The notes: generated by a model not told the origin, from the sequence alone. DNA of 64,000 nucleotides from an uncultured Bacteroidota bacterium (GCA_902797625.1 CADBTU010000016.1:630-64629), one strand, 5' to 3'; shown: positions 30,901-40,523, counted from the stretch's first letter. Translations and numbers: made by a program.

Positions 30901-31794
30901 GCTAACGATCCTGAAAGCGATCAATTTGAATTTTCTACTCAAAAAAACATTCTTTTCAAAGGTAATGTCTCGGTTAAAAATGGTTATTTTAATTTCTCTT
31001 TCTTTGTTCCTAAAGATATTGACTATACTTTTGGAAACGGCAAAATAAGTTATTATGCACACAATAATACTGAGGACGCAGCTGGAGCTTTTTCTAACTT
31101 TATCATTGGCGGTACAGATACTTCAGGAATAAAAGATAATGAAAAACCTAAAATAGAGCTCTTCCTCAATGATATGAACTTTGTAAATGGGGGTGTTACA
31201 AACCCTGATCCTACTCTCATAGCCAAAATATCTGATAATTTTGGCATTAACACTACAGGTAATGGTATAGGACACGACCTCGTAGCTATATTAGACAATG
31301 CTTCAAACAACAAAATAATTTTGAACGACTATTATGAAACTGAAAAAGATAGCTTTAATTGCGGTGTTGTTAGATATAGTTTACAAAATCTTGAACCTGG
31401 AGATCACACCTTAACGGTGCGAGCTTGGGATATTAACAACAATAACTCTGAACAGACCCTATCTTTTCGTGTTGCTCATGACAATAATTTGGAACTCCAT
31501 CATGTTTTAAATTATCCAAATCCTTTTACAACTCACACAGATTTCTTCTTCGAACACAATCAAGGGGCTGGTAATTTCGAAATAAAGATACAAATTTATA
31601 CAATCTCAGGCAAACTCGTAAAAACAATTTTCGATAACCAATATTTAAATGGAAATCGTAGTAGAGCGATTCCTTGGAATGGCTTAGATGATTTTGGTGA
31701 TAAAGTTGCAAAAGGAACATATCTCTATAAAATAACTGTTAAAAACTCCGAAAATAAATCTGCACAAACTATTGAAAAATTGGTAATACTTTAG
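27961..31794 (+). CDS. porU: Type IX secretion system sortase PorU (C25 peptidase-like)
   Basis: 1277 aa. Central gingipain/C25-like region (VIVAHPDF.., GHSG..GWA, LSCTFG) and its own C-terminal T9SS-type beta-sandwich (LNYPNPF...GTYLYKI). porV lies immediately downstream. Confidence 0.85.
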   Translation: MKFLSWVKIFLFFVLLLYIVDIQSQTIRKTYYFSWTDPISFTFSDGYTISCLNFENAIFLKENPKLPSFYEKLPVDKNFSNYSVKVISQELSDLDFELSKLIPDDFDSKDISFDVKTVTEKHKKYTQISFVPIIKTSKDRYKIVTSITLEIESIEEEALRPLKSYVSQSVLATGQWYNFIVNETGIFKVTHSDLLAMGMSDPISSNQLALFGNGGSMLPEDNSIKRIDDLREIPIHIFDGGDGKIDNNDYFIFYGESPHTIKFDTINHQFSHVFNMYSNYSHYFVTQTPGIGEKKRVQSVDNSTLQENKTVDDFTFFDFVEKDLYNLCESGKDWFGDRFDITLNRDYTVQLPSVPTGAGRISVRGASTATTVSQFKIFVNQSQLGNITLVAPNSSAIARISSGTLPLNVASSNLKIGINYTKPTTSATAYLDWIEVEIPCKIALYSGQTPFRNFSTVGSNNVTKFIITNAYESAYLWDVTDPAETSRILLKKEDQTLFFKAKTEKLREFIIFDGSNYKTITPLSSVPNQNLHSTTNVDMVIVAHPDFLTQANKLATFRTENDGLSVKVVTPQQIYNEFSSGSQDPIAIRDYVKMIYDKTNKAYPQFLLLFGRPSYDYRGIVKGTSIYVPNYQYYSSNGVISEYYLYSNDDNLGLLDDDEGDNASGLYDISIGRIPCTNQAQADIAVDKCIRYTEKRNLISPNSSQISNLGDWRNMMAFVADDENANDFVVNAEKFSKIIENQNANINFDKIYLDAYQQVSNAGGQRYPAAVSDINNRMNRGALFYTYIGHSGKDGWAAERVLENSDINKWTNKFNLTILLSLSCTFGYYDRNVLSPADLILFNNNGGAAAVIAADREAWSAPNNSYGGHLFSAFFGEELGRKMTVGDLNRVAKNKYGGSKTNLAMFVVFGDPSMSLAIPKYSVVTDSINHNPSSKIDTIRALSKVNVCGHLEDINGNVLSDFNGNIYPSVYDKALIAKTLANDPESDQFEFSTQKNILFKGNVSVKNGYFNFSFFVPKDIDYTFGNGKISYYAHNNTEDAAGAFSNFIIGGTDTSGIKDNEKPKIELFLNDMNFVNGGVTNPDPTLIAKISDNFGINTTGNGIGHDLVAILDNASNNKIILNDYYETEKDSFNCGVVRYSLQNLEPGDHTLTVRAWDINNNNSEQTLSFRVAHDNNLELHHVLNYPNPFTTHTDFFFEHNQGAGNFEIKIQIYTISGKLVKTIFDNQYLNGNRSRAIPWNGLDDFGDKVAKGTYLYKITVKNSENKSAQTIEKLVIL

Positions 31795-31967
31795 AAAAGT
31801 AATTTTATTAACAAATAAACATTATTGAAAATCAAGTATTTATATCAAATATACCAACTTAAAAATATTTTTTCTTAAAAACAATAATAAAAACAATAAA
31901 AATGCGTTTATGCTTTGTCTAATTTTTGAAAATAACTAAAGAAAAAAATAACAAACTTAATCTCAAA

Positions 31968-33215
31968 ATGAAAAAAATAAAATTTGCTTTACCATCAATT
32001 ATCATCTCGTTCTTACTAATTATTCACTTTCAAGCTCAATCACAGAAAGGAATGACCTATTTGGGGCAGGATTTAAATGCAATAACAACAGCTGTACCAT
32101 TTTTAAGTATAGCACCTGATTCACGCGCTGGTGCCATGGGAGATATCGGTTGTGCAACATCAGCCGACGGAAACTCACAAAGTTACAATCCTGCAAAATA
32201 TGTTTTCAACGATAATAAATTTGGTTTTAGTGTTTCCTATAGCCCTTGGATTAAACACTTGGTTAGCGATATTAATCTCGCATATTTAACAGGTTATTGT
32301 AAAATCACAGATAATGATGCTATTGCTGCGTCTCTTCGCTATTTTTCTTTAGGTAATATTGATTTTATGGACGAAGGTGGAAGCTTTATAAGTAGTCAAA
32401 ATCCTAATGAATTTGCTATTGATTTTACATATTCTCGCAAACTTATCGACCAGTTATCACTCGCTATTACTCCTCGTTTCATATATTCAAACCTTACTTC
32501 TGGACAGTATGTTGGTGGAGAAGAGACAAAACCAGGTTTGGCAGGAGCAGCAGACATCTCTTTGTTCTACGAACAAGATTTTGATGTTAGATCTTTCAAT
32601 AACAGCACTTTGCGAGCTGGTTTAGCTATATCCAATATGGGTAATAAAATGTCTTACTCTTCTGGTACTCTACGCCGCGACTTCTTACCAACAAATTTAA
32701 AACTCGGTCTTGGCTATGAAATGGATTTCGATGGATATAACAAATTGACTATCAATGGTGAAATTAATAAATTGTTAGTACCTACCAATCCTGTTTACTT
32801 GCTAGAAGATTCTACTAATCGTATAGCATATAATGAAGCTGGCGACCCAATTATCGCTTTCGGTAAGAATCCAGATGTTTCTGTTCCTGTTGGAATGATT
32901 CAATCTTTTTATGACGCTCCAGGCGGTTTTAAAGAAGAAATGAGAGAAATTATCTGGGCTGTTGGTGCTGAATATAGTTACCGCGACCTCTTCTTTGTCC
33001 GTTTAGGTTATTTCCACGAAAGCCAATATAAAGGAAATCGCCAATTTATTTCTGTAGGTGCAGGTATTAAATATACTGTTTTTGGTATCGATATTTCATA
33101 TCTGATAGCAACAAAACAACAACATCCATTAGCAAATACCCTACGCTTTACCTTAAATCTTGATTTCGTTTCTACAAATAAAAATGAGATCAAACAACAA
33201 GGAAGATTCAGATAA
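31968..33215 (+). CDS. porV: Type IX secretion system outer-membrane shuttle protein PorV (LptO)
   Basis: AVPFLSIAPDSRAGAMGD motif, beta-barrel. Start moved from the TTG at 31926 to ATG 31968 (MKKIKFALPS signal peptide). Confidence 0.85.
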   Translation: MKKIKFALPSIIISFLLIIHFQAQSQKGMTYLGQDLNAITTAVPFLSIAPDSRAGAMGDIGCATSADGNSQSYNPAKYVFNDNKFGFSVSYSPWIKHLVSDINLAYLTGYCKITDNDAIAASLRYFSLGNIDFMDEGGSFISSQNPNEFAIDFTYSRKLIDQLSLAITPRFIYSNLTSGQYVGGEETKPGLAGAADISLFYEQDFDVRSFNNSTLRAGLAISNMGNKMSYSSGTLRRDFLPTNLKLGLGYEMDFDGYNKLTINGEINKLLVPTNPVYLLEDSTNRIAYNEAGDPIIAFGKNPDVSVPVGMIQSFYDAPGGFKEEMREIIWAVGAEYSYRDLFFVRLGYFHESQYKGNRQFISVGAGIKYTVFGIDISYLIATKQQHPLANTLRFTLNLDFVSTNKNEIKQQGRFR

Positions 33216-33216
33216 T

Positions 33217-33696
33217 ATGACTGATTTTCGCATAGGTTTTGGTTATGATTCACATAAGTTTGCCCCCGACCGTCCTTTGATAATCGGGGGCATTGCTATA
33301 CCTTTTCATTTAGGTTTGTTGGCTCACTCAGACGGTGATGTTCTTATTCATGCCATCTGCGATTCATTACTCGGAGCCGCTGGTATGAAAGACATAGGTA
33401 CACTATTTCCCGATAATGATAAACAATGGGAAAATATTGATAGTTCTGTATTTCTGTCAAACATTCTCCAACTTCTCGAAAATGAAAATTGGAAGGTAAA
33501 TAATTTAGATTGTACTTTAATTTTGGAGTTACCAAAAATGAAGCCTTACATAGATATGATAGTTAAAAATTTAGCTAAGCTGTTGAAAACACCTTCTGAT
33601 AGAATCTCTGTTAAAGCAAAAACAAACGAAAAAATGGGTTTTACAGGGCATGGCGAAGGTGTTGCTGCCGTTGCTGCCGTAACTATTGTGAAGTGA
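33217..33696 (+). CDS. ispF: 2-C-methyl-D-erythritol 2,4-cyclodiphosphate synthase
   Basis: Has FRIGFGYDSH, HSDGDV..HA and D.TLI.E.PK motifs. Start moved to ATG 33217, because the track start at 33160 overlaps porV. Confidence 0.95.
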   Translation: MTDFRIGFGYDSHKFAPDRPLIIGGIAIPFHLGLLAHSDGDVLIHAICDSLLGAAGMKDIGTLFPDNDKQWENIDSSVFLSNILQLLENENWKVNNLDCTLILELPKMKPYIDMIVKNLAKLLKTPSDRISVKAKTNEKMGFTGHGEGVAAVAAVTIVK

Positions 33697-33730
33697 TTTT
33701 CAAAAGTTCGACTTAATTTTTAGAAATTTG

Positions 33731-33738
33731 TATTTTTG
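33731..33738 (+). promoter_or_regulatory. -7 promoter box (TATTTTTG) for DUF6089-uppS unit
   Basis: Exact TAnnTTTG. It lies inside the track's TTG-initiated ORF (33728), which argues for a downstream ATG start. Confidence 0.45.
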
Positions 33739-33748
33739 CCGTTCAATA

Positions 33749-34621
33749 ATGACACAAAAGATGAAACATAAAAAATTATTCGTAGCAATAGCTTTTATTG
33801 TATTTTTACTTGTTCCATTAAAGAATTTTGCGCAAAATTCAGAGATTGGTGCTTGTGTAGGTACTACTTTCTACCTCGGAGATTTAAACCCATCAAAATT
33901 ATTCGCTAAATCAAAATTAGCTGGAGGTATTGTTTATAGATATAATCTCTCTCCTCGTTGGGCTATCAAAGCTGATTTTCTCTTTGGAAAAGTGGAAGGT
34001 AGTGATGCCATAACTAACGGAGGCTACGAAAGAAATCTCAGCTTCTGGTCTCCTATCACGGAATTTTCTGTTACAGGAGAACTTAACTTTTTAAAACTCT
34101 ATAATACAACAGGAAAAAATCATTTCTCACCATATATTTTTGCGGGTATTACTCTCTTTTCTTTCAATCCAAAAGTGGAATATAATGGAACAACTTATGA
34201 ATTACAGAGTATGGGAACTGAGGGTCAGGGCTTGGAGGGAATGCCCAAAAAATATTCACTTACCCACGTTGCGTTGCCGTTTGGTATTGGCTTACGAGTG
34301 AATATTGGTCGCTTTTTCTGTTTAGGTGCAGAATGGGGTTTCCGCTATACATTTACTGATTATTTAGACGATGTAGGAAGATTTTATTATGACAATGATA
34401 TTTTACGGGAGACGCGTGGCGACTTAGTTGCAAATCTTGCAGATAGAACTCCTGAACTCTTAACAAAAGAGGGCATACCTCTTCCTCTCCATAGAGATGG
34501 CGACCAGCGCGGTAACTTTACAACTTTTGACCTCTACTCTTTTGCTGGTGTCTTCCTAACAGTAAAATTTGGAAATGTTAATACTACCTGCGACCTTAAA
34601 AAACGTCGTAAAAAAAGATAA
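33749..34621 (+). CDS. DUF6089-like outer-membrane beta-barrel protein
   Basis: Signal peptide (KKLFVAIAFIVFLLVPLKNFAQ) and alternating beta-strand pattern. Occupies the conserved position upstream of uppS-bamA. Start is 33749 or 33761. Confidence 0.6.
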   Translation: MTQKMKHKKLFVAIAFIVFLLVPLKNFAQNSEIGACVGTTFYLGDLNPSKLFAKSKLAGGIVYRYNLSPRWAIKADFLFGKVEGSDAITNGGYERNLSFWSPITEFSVTGELNFLKLYNTTGKNHFSPYIFAGITLFSFNPKVEYNGTTYELQSMGTEGQGLEGMPKKYSLTHVALPFGIGLRVNIGRFFCLGAEWGFRYTFTDYLDDVGRFYYDNDILRETRGDLVANLADRTPELLTKEGIPLPLHRDGDQRGNFTTFDLYSFAGVFLTVKFGNVNTTCDLKKRRKKR

Positions 34622-34624
34622 AAA

Positions 34625-35347
34625 ATGGAACAATCTCTTAAACATATAGCTATCATTATGGATGGCAATGGCAGGTGGGCTCAACGACAAGGAAAAGATC
34701 GCTCTTTTGGTCATAAACAAGGCATTGAATCCGTTAGAAATGTTGTGGAAGGTGCATCACAAAAACAAATCCCTTTCCTAACCCTTTATGCTTTTTCAAC
34801 AGAAAATTGGAATCGACCCGAAGAAGAAATAGATTTACTTATGCAACTCCTCGCCTCTGCTATTGTTAACGAAGTGCCCACATTGATGAAAAACAATGTA
34901 CGACTTAAAACGTCAGGTAGAATAGATACTCTTCCTGTTGACTGCCAAAATTCATTACAAAAAGCTGTAGTTCAAACTTCTACAAATACTGGCTTAACTC
35001 TTGTATTAGCCTTAAGTTATAGCGGAAGATCTGAATTAGTTGACGCCGCAAAGAAAATCTCCGAGAAAGTTAAGTTTGGAACATTAAATCCTGATGATAT
35101 TTCCGAAGAAACTTTTTCTCAAAATCTTTATAATCCCGATGTTCCCGATGTTGATTTGATGATTAGAACAGGTGGAGATACCCGAATTAGCAATTTTTTA
35201 TTATGGCAAATAGCCTATTCAGAACTATTTTTCACGCCTATTATGTGGCCAGATTTTAAAAAAGAGAATCTTTTTGATATTATTGAACTATTTTATACTC
35301 GAGAAAGAAGATTTGGAAAAACGGGAGAACAAGTCCAAACACAATAA
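34625..35347 (+). CDS. uppS: Isoprenyl transferase (undecaprenyl diphosphate synthase)
   Basis: Has HIAIIMDGNGRWA, TLYAFSTENW.RP and RTGG..R.SNFLLWQ.AY.E motifs. Confidence 0.95.
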   Translation: MEQSLKHIAIIMDGNGRWAQRQGKDRSFGHKQGIESVRNVVEGASQKQIPFLTLYAFSTENWNRPEEEIDLLMQLLASAIVNEVPTLMKNNVRLKTSGRIDTLPVDCQNSLQKAVVQTSTNTGLTLVLALSYSGRSELVDAAKKISEKVKFGTLNPDDISEETFSQNLYNPDVPDVDLMIRTGGDTRISNFLLWQIAYSELFFTPIMWPDFKKENLFDIIELFYTRERRFGKTGEQVQTQ

Positions 35348-35356
35348 AAAAAACAC

Positions 35357-35364
35357 TATCTTTG
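35357..35364 (+). promoter_or_regulatory. -7 promoter box (TATCTTTG) upstream of bamA
   Basis: Exact TAnnTTTG. It overlaps the track's TTG start (35362), so bamA more likely starts at ATG 35380. Confidence 0.45.
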
Positions 35365-35379
35365 CCGACTTTTTCTAAG

Positions 35380-37995
35380 ATGCGATTATTTCAAAAAATA
35401 GCGATATTGATGGTGCTTTGTTTCACGTTCCTTGTGGGACAATCGCAGGTTATTATAGGCGGTGGTTCTGATACTATTGTGAAAATCGATTATTCGTCGC
35501 CAAAATCCTATGAAGTTGGAGGTATTACTTCCACAGGAACTGCACCTTTAGAACCTCGTCTGCTATCTTTTCATGTTGGAGAAGTTATTGAAATTCCAGG
35601 TGAAGCAATCTCTAAATCTATTAAGAATCTTTGGAATACTGGTCTTTACGAAGATGTTGAAATTTCTGCAACACGCGTGCAAGGTAACCTTATTTTCTTG
35701 AATGTACATCTTCAAGATCGCGCTCGACTTAGTGCTTTCGGTTTCAAAGGTACTACAAAGTCTGAAGAAAATGAACTTCGAGAGAAACTTAAAATATCTC
35801 AAGGTAATATCGTTAATGACAATATGAAAATTACTTGCAAAAATATTATCCGCAAGTATTTTATAGATAAGGGTTTTTATAGCTGCGATATAGACATTAA
35901 GGAGCTTCCTGACGAAAAAATTAAAAATGCTGTAACTCTTCTATTCGATATTAAGAAGTCTAAAAAAGTTAAGATTGATAGAATTAATATTTATGGCAAT
36001 AAAAATGTAGCCGACGTTGTTCTCCTTCGTTCTATGAAAGAGACGAAAGAAAGATTCCGTTTTATGCCTCTTCATAAAGCCGATACGGCTTTAAAATATA
36101 CTTTAACTCACAAAGGTTATTACGAGTCAAAAGATATTAAAGACCATCTTGACGAATATTTTGCAGATCGCGTGAAATTAAGAATCTTTAAACCATCGAA
36201 ATTTATTAAAGAGAGTTACGAAAAGGACAAAGTTAATATCATTAATAAATATAATGAACTCGGTTACCGTGATGCTGTAATTATTAGAGATACTTATTAT
36301 TTGAAGAAAAATAATATGTATATTGACATAGATGTTAACGAAGGCCCTCAATACTATTTTAGAAATATCTCCTTTGTTGGAAATACGTTATATCCCACTT
36401 CTCTCCTACAGCAACTGCTTGGAATAAGTAAAGGCGATGTATATAACCAAACTCTACTTACTAAGAATTTGACAATGAAAGAAGACGGAGAAGATATAGC
36501 TTCGCTCTATATGAATAATGGATATCTTTTCTTTAGTGCAAATCCTGTCGAAGTTGGTATTGTTAATGATTCTATTGATATAGAAATTCGTATCCGCGAA
36601 GGAAAACAAGCAAAATATAACAAAATTAGAGTTTTAGGCAATACTAAAACTAACGATAATGTTATTTTAAGAGAATTAACAACTATACCTGGGCAACTTT
36701 TCAATCGTGCAGATATTATCCGTTCTCAACAAGTCTTAATGTCTATGGGCTATTTTAACCAAGAAAAAATGGACGTTCAACCGCGTCCAAATGAGACAGA
36801 CGGAACTGTTGATATAAATTACGTTGTTGAAGAGACAACTTCCGACCAACTCTCTTTGTCGGCTGGATATGGTGCAACAGGATTTGTAGTTACAGCTGGC
36901 GTTACTTTTAACAATTTTTCTACTAAGAAATTTTTTAAGAAAGACGCTTGGACTCCTATTCCTGGAGGCGACGGACAACGAATTTCGCTCAATGTATCAG
37001 TGAGCTCTAAATGGTATCAGTACTATAATTTTTCTTTTACCGAACCTTGGTTAGGAGGCAAAAAACCTAATGCTTTGACTTTTGGACTCTATTACCAAAA
37101 ACAGACAAATGGAAGACCGAAAAAGCACGAATCTTACCAATGCAGTCGTATCGCTGGTGCATCGTTATCATTGGCAAGCAAACTTAAATGGCCAGACGAT
37201 TATTTCCAAATGTCGCATACTCTCTCTTATGAATATTACAATGTTAAAAATTGGGGATCTTATTTCATATTCCCAACAGGATATGCTCATAGTATAAGTT
37301 ACATATTCTCTATTTCAAGAAATTCAGTAAACGCACCTATTTATCCTCGTGAAGGTTCTGAAATTTCTTTCACAATGCAACTCACCCCTCCATACTCGTT
37401 GTTTAACCATAAAGATTACTCAAAAGTTACAGATCAAGAAAAATATAAATTGTTAGAATTTCATAAATGGAAGTTCAATCTCTCTTGGTTTACAAGGATT
37501 TATGACAATTTAGTTTTAAATGTGCGTCTGAAATCTGGATTTATGGGTTGCTACAACAAAGATGTCGGAGTTTCACCGTTTGGAAGATTTTACCTCGGTG
37601 GAGACGGAATGTCAACATTTACGTATGATGGTCGCGAAATTGTTGGTATGCGCGGTTATGAAGATGGTGTTCTATCTCCTAATATTAATGGAAGCAGTGT
37701 TGGTGCAGCGTTCTTCCATAAGTTTACTGCAGAATTACGCTATCCTATTACTCTTAATCCTTCTGCAACCATATATTTACTAGCTTTCACCGAAGCAGGT
37801 AAAGGTTGGCTAAATGTCCGCGATTACAATCCGTTTGATATGTATAAGTCTGCTGGTCTTGGTGTAAGAGTTTATCTCCCAATGTTCGGATTACTTGGCT
37901 TCGATTGGGGATATGGCTTTGATCCTGTTCCTGGCCTCTCATCAAAAAATTGGGGTAGTCAATTCCATATTTCTATTAACCAATCTATAGATTAA
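35380..37995 (+). CDS. bamA: Outer membrane protein assembly factor BamA
   Basis: About 870 aa. Signal peptide, POTRA-like repeats, and a C-terminal Omp85 barrel ending ..G.QFHISI.Q. Confidence 0.9.
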   Translation: MRLFQKIAILMVLCFTFLVGQSQVIIGGGSDTIVKIDYSSPKSYEVGGITSTGTAPLEPRLLSFHVGEVIEIPGEAISKSIKNLWNTGLYEDVEISATRVQGNLIFLNVHLQDRARLSAFGFKGTTKSEENELREKLKISQGNIVNDNMKITCKNIIRKYFIDKGFYSCDIDIKELPDEKIKNAVTLLFDIKKSKKVKIDRINIYGNKNVADVVLLRSMKETKERFRFMPLHKADTALKYTLTHKGYYESKDIKDHLDEYFADRVKLRIFKPSKFIKESYEKDKVNIINKYNELGYRDAVIIRDTYYLKKNNMYIDIDVNEGPQYYFRNISFVGNTLYPTSLLQQLLGISKGDVYNQTLLTKNLTMKEDGEDIASLYMNNGYLFFSANPVEVGIVNDSIDIEIRIREGKQAKYNKIRVLGNTKTNDNVILRELTTIPGQLFNRADIIRSQQVLMSMGYFNQEKMDVQPRPNETDGTVDINYVVEETTSDQLSLSAGYGATGFVVTAGVTFNNFSTKKFFKKDAWTPIPGGDGQRISLNVSVSSKWYQYYNFSFTEPWLGGKKPNALTFGLYYQKQTNGRPKKHESYQCSRIAGASLSLASKLKWPDDYFQMSHTLSYEYYNVKNWGSYFIFPTGYAHSISYIFSISRNSVNAPIYPREGSEISFTMQLTPPYSLFNHKDYSKVTDQEKYKLLEFHKWKFNLSWFTRIYDNLVLNVRLKSGFMGCYNKDVGVSPFGRFYLGGDGMSTFTYDGREIVGMRGYEDGVLSPNINGSSVGAAFFHKFTAELRYPITLNPSATIYLLAFTEAGKGWLNVRDYNPFDMYKSAGLGVRVYLPMFGLLGFDWGYGFDPVPGLSSKNWGSQFHISINQSID

Positions 37996-38045
37996 ACTTG
38001 CCACTATTAACAATTGTCTTACAACACGCATAAAAAACAAAAGAG

Positions 38046-38579
38046 ATGAAAAAACAACTTCTTTTAACGGTATTATTTTCAATGGCGATGTTCTTCGGTT
38101 TTGCGCAAAAATACGCCTATATCAACTCCGAGTACATCTTATCTCAAATTCCTGAATATAAGGAAGCTCAAGCTGAATTAGATCGTGTGGCAGTTCAATG
38201 GCAAAAAGAAATTGAATCTAAATTTGCATCTATAGATTCAATGTATAAACGCTATCAAGTTGAATCTATAACCCTTCCTGAACAAATTAAAAGAAGCCGC
38301 GAGGAAGCAATTATCGCTCAGGAAAAGGCTGCCAAAGATTTGCAGAAAAAACGCTTTGGTCAAAGTGGCGATTTGTTTAAAAAACGCGAAGAACTTGTAA
38401 AACCTATTCAAGACCGCGTCATAAATGCTGTAAATGATTATGCAAAAGAGAGAGGCTACGCTTTTGTTTTTGATACTGCGGGCGATCTTACCATTATTTA
38501 TGCCGACCCTAAATGGGATATCAACGACGCAGTACTCCAAAAAATGGGAATCTCTGCAAATAAAAATTTAAATGACTAA
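38046..38579 (+). CDS. OmpH/Skp-family periplasmic chaperone (paralog 1)
   Basis: Signal peptide, AQKYAYINSEYIL start, coiled-coil arms, ..YAFVFD.. core. Confidence 0.85.
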   Translation: MKKQLLLTVLFSMAMFFGFAQKYAYINSEYILSQIPEYKEAQAELDRVAVQWQKEIESKFASIDSMYKRYQVESITLPEQIKRSREEAIIAQEKAAKDLQKKRFGQSGDLFKKREELVKPIQDRVINAVNDYAKERGYAFVFDTAGDLTIIYADPKWDINDAVLQKMGISANKNLND

Positions 38580-38601
38580 TAACTAAATTGTATAGAAAAA
38601 A

Positions 38602-39099
38602 ATGAAAAAATCCTTATTGATTCTCGCGATTATCGCATTGTGTTCTTTTCAGGTTGCAAATGCCCAAAAATACGGACACGTAAACTCTGGAGAAATTTTA
38701 GAAGTTATGCCTGGTATTGACTCTTTGCAAATAAAATTGCAAAATTTTCAACAAGAACTTCAAGGTATGTATGAAAGTATGGTAACCGAATTCCAAGCTA
38801 AAAAGGATAAATTTGACCGTGAAGTTGGAACTATGTCGCCTGCTGTTAGACAAGTACGCGAGAAGGAATTGCAAGATTTAGGTACACGCATTCAAGAATT
38901 TCAGGCAAATGTTCAAGAAGATCTCGAAAATAAACAATATGAACTTGCTAAACCTTTCCAAGATAAAATCCAAAATGCTATAAACAAAGTGGCAAAAAAT
39001 AGTGGATATTCTTATATTTTCGACACTAAAACTCTGTTATACTATGCCGATAGTGAGGATATTACTCCTTTGGTGAAAAAAGAGTTAGGAATTAAATAA
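38602..39099 (+). CDS. OmpH/Skp-family periplasmic chaperone (paralog 2)
   Basis: Signal peptide, AQKYGHVNSGEIL, MPGIDSLQ, YSYIFD, C-terminal KKELGIK. Confidence 0.85.
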   Translation: MKKSLLILAIIALCSFQVANAQKYGHVNSGEILEVMPGIDSLQIKLQNFQQELQGMYESMVTEFQAKKDKFDREVGTMSPAVRQVREKELQDLGTRIQEFQANVQEDLENKQYELAKPFQDKIQNAINKVAKNSGYSYIFDTKTLLYYADSEDITPLVKKELGIK

Positions 39100-39112
39100 T
39101 ATCTTTACGACT

Positions 39113-39616
39113 ATGAAGAAAATATTTTTAACGTGTACCCTTATTTTGTGCTTTGCCTTTTGGGGATACTCTCAAAAAGCTAAATTTGCACACGTGGATT
39201 ACGGTACAATAATGAAGGAGATGCCTGGCATTGATTCGCTTCAACAAAGTCTTCTCGATTATCAACAAGAACTCGAAGCTGTTGGTCAACAAATGGCTGA
39301 TGAGTTTAAATCTAAACAAGAAGAATATGCAAGGTTGGCCAATGGATCTACCTCTACTGCTATTCTTAAAGTTAAAGAAGATGAAATTAGAAAACTTTAT
39401 GAAAGACTTCAAGATTTTGTGTCTACAAGCGAATTGGACTTACAACGAAAGCAATTAGAGTTAATTCAACCTTTTCAAGATAAAATTAAGGAAGCTATTA
39501 AGAAAGTTGCAGAAAACGGTAAATATATTTACGTTTTCGATATTACAATGTGCTCATATCATACTGATAATGACGATTTAACAGATGCAGTGAAAAAAGA
39601 ATTAGGTATCAAATAA
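39113..39616 (+). CDS. OmpH/Skp-family periplasmic chaperone (paralog 3)
   Basis: Signal peptide, MPGIDSLQ, YIYVFD, C-terminal KKELGIK. Clearly paralogous to 38602..39099. Confidence 0.85.
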   Translation: MKKIFLTCTLILCFAFWGYSQKAKFAHVDYGTIMKEMPGIDSLQQSLLDYQQELEAVGQQMADEFKSKQEEYARLANGSTSTAILKVKEDEIRKLYERLQDFVSTSELDLQRKQLELIQPFQDKIKEAIKKVAENGKYIYVFDITMCSYHTDNDDLTDAVKKELGIK

Positions 39617-39809
39617 CCTTTCTTTTTGCATTTTTTAATGAAAAAATTTTCTTCTTTTTGGTAAACATCTTATTTTTAAGTGTTTTCCTTTTTTATCAAA
39701 CTGATGTTTAAACAGGCGACTTACTTTTTGTAGGATTACCCTTTGACTTAGTATAGATGGGGATAATACATCATTAGCAAGTATTCTCTTTACCAGCAAA
39801 AAAGATGCC

Positions 39810-40523
39810 TTAAGTATGTTGGAAATTTAATATATTAGCTATAAAACACCCGTAAAGGCCTGCTGTTTCAGTTCGCAACCGTCTATAACCTAATTTCACC
39901 TCTTTATAATTTTCTCTTCTCGCCATCTCGATCTCATTTCCACTAAAATCTCCTTCTGGACCGATAAGCAGAATCATCTCCTGATTATTACGGTTAAAAT
40001 CTGTTAATTGAACATTATTTTTATCATCACACCATGCTATAAATTTATCGGCGTTAGTATCGTGATTAACATCGATAAATTGACTAAAATTAGAGATTGC
40101 AATATCTGGAAGCCATTTAGTTTGAGATTGTTTTAACGCAGCAATAGATAGCCGTTGAAGCCTATCAAGATTTATGTGGGTTCTTTCAGAGTGCTCACAA
40201 TTTAAGAAAGTTAGTTTATAAATACCTATTTCTATTGCCTTTTCGAGCAACCATTCCATTCTATTAATGTTTTTGGTAGGTGCTATAGCTAAGTGCAAAC
40301 CATTATGATTAGGCAACTCATCGATAATAAATTCAGAAATTTGAAGAGAACATCTTTTGGGATTATCGTTTATGATATTGGCCAAACAGGCAGTTCCTTT
40401 TCCATTTGTTAAACGAACAGAATCGCCGTTACGATGTCTCAAAACTCTAATACAATGTTCAGATTCTTCGGTGTTTAACTCTATAAAATCTTGGGTTAAG
40501 TCAGGATGATAGAAATAATGCAT
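39810..40523 (-). CDS. rsmE: 16S rRNA (uracil1498-N3)-methyltransferase
   Basis: 237 aa. Has HCIRVLR (PUA-like N-terminus), LLIGPEGDFS and LG.R.LR.ETA motifs. Confidence 0.9.
   Translation of the reverse strand: MHYFYHPDLTQDFIELNTEESEHCIRVLRHRNGDSVRLTNGKGTACLANIINDNPKRCSLQISEFIIDELPNHNGLHLAIAPTKNINRMEWLLEKAIEIGIYKLTFLNCEHSERTHINLDRLQRLSIAALKQSQTKWLPDIAISNFSQFIDVNHDTNADKFIAWCDDKNNVQLTDFNRNNQEMILLIGPEGDFSGNEIEMARRENYKEVKLGYRRLRTETAGLYGCFIANILNFQHT

Noticed and set aside
39617-39809. Possible small ORF or ncRNA in the 193-bp spacer after the third ompH
   Set aside because: Only an 8-codon ORF and weak 7-bp AT-rich pairings. Mentioned under the Skp finding as a possible relic, but not supportable as a feature.
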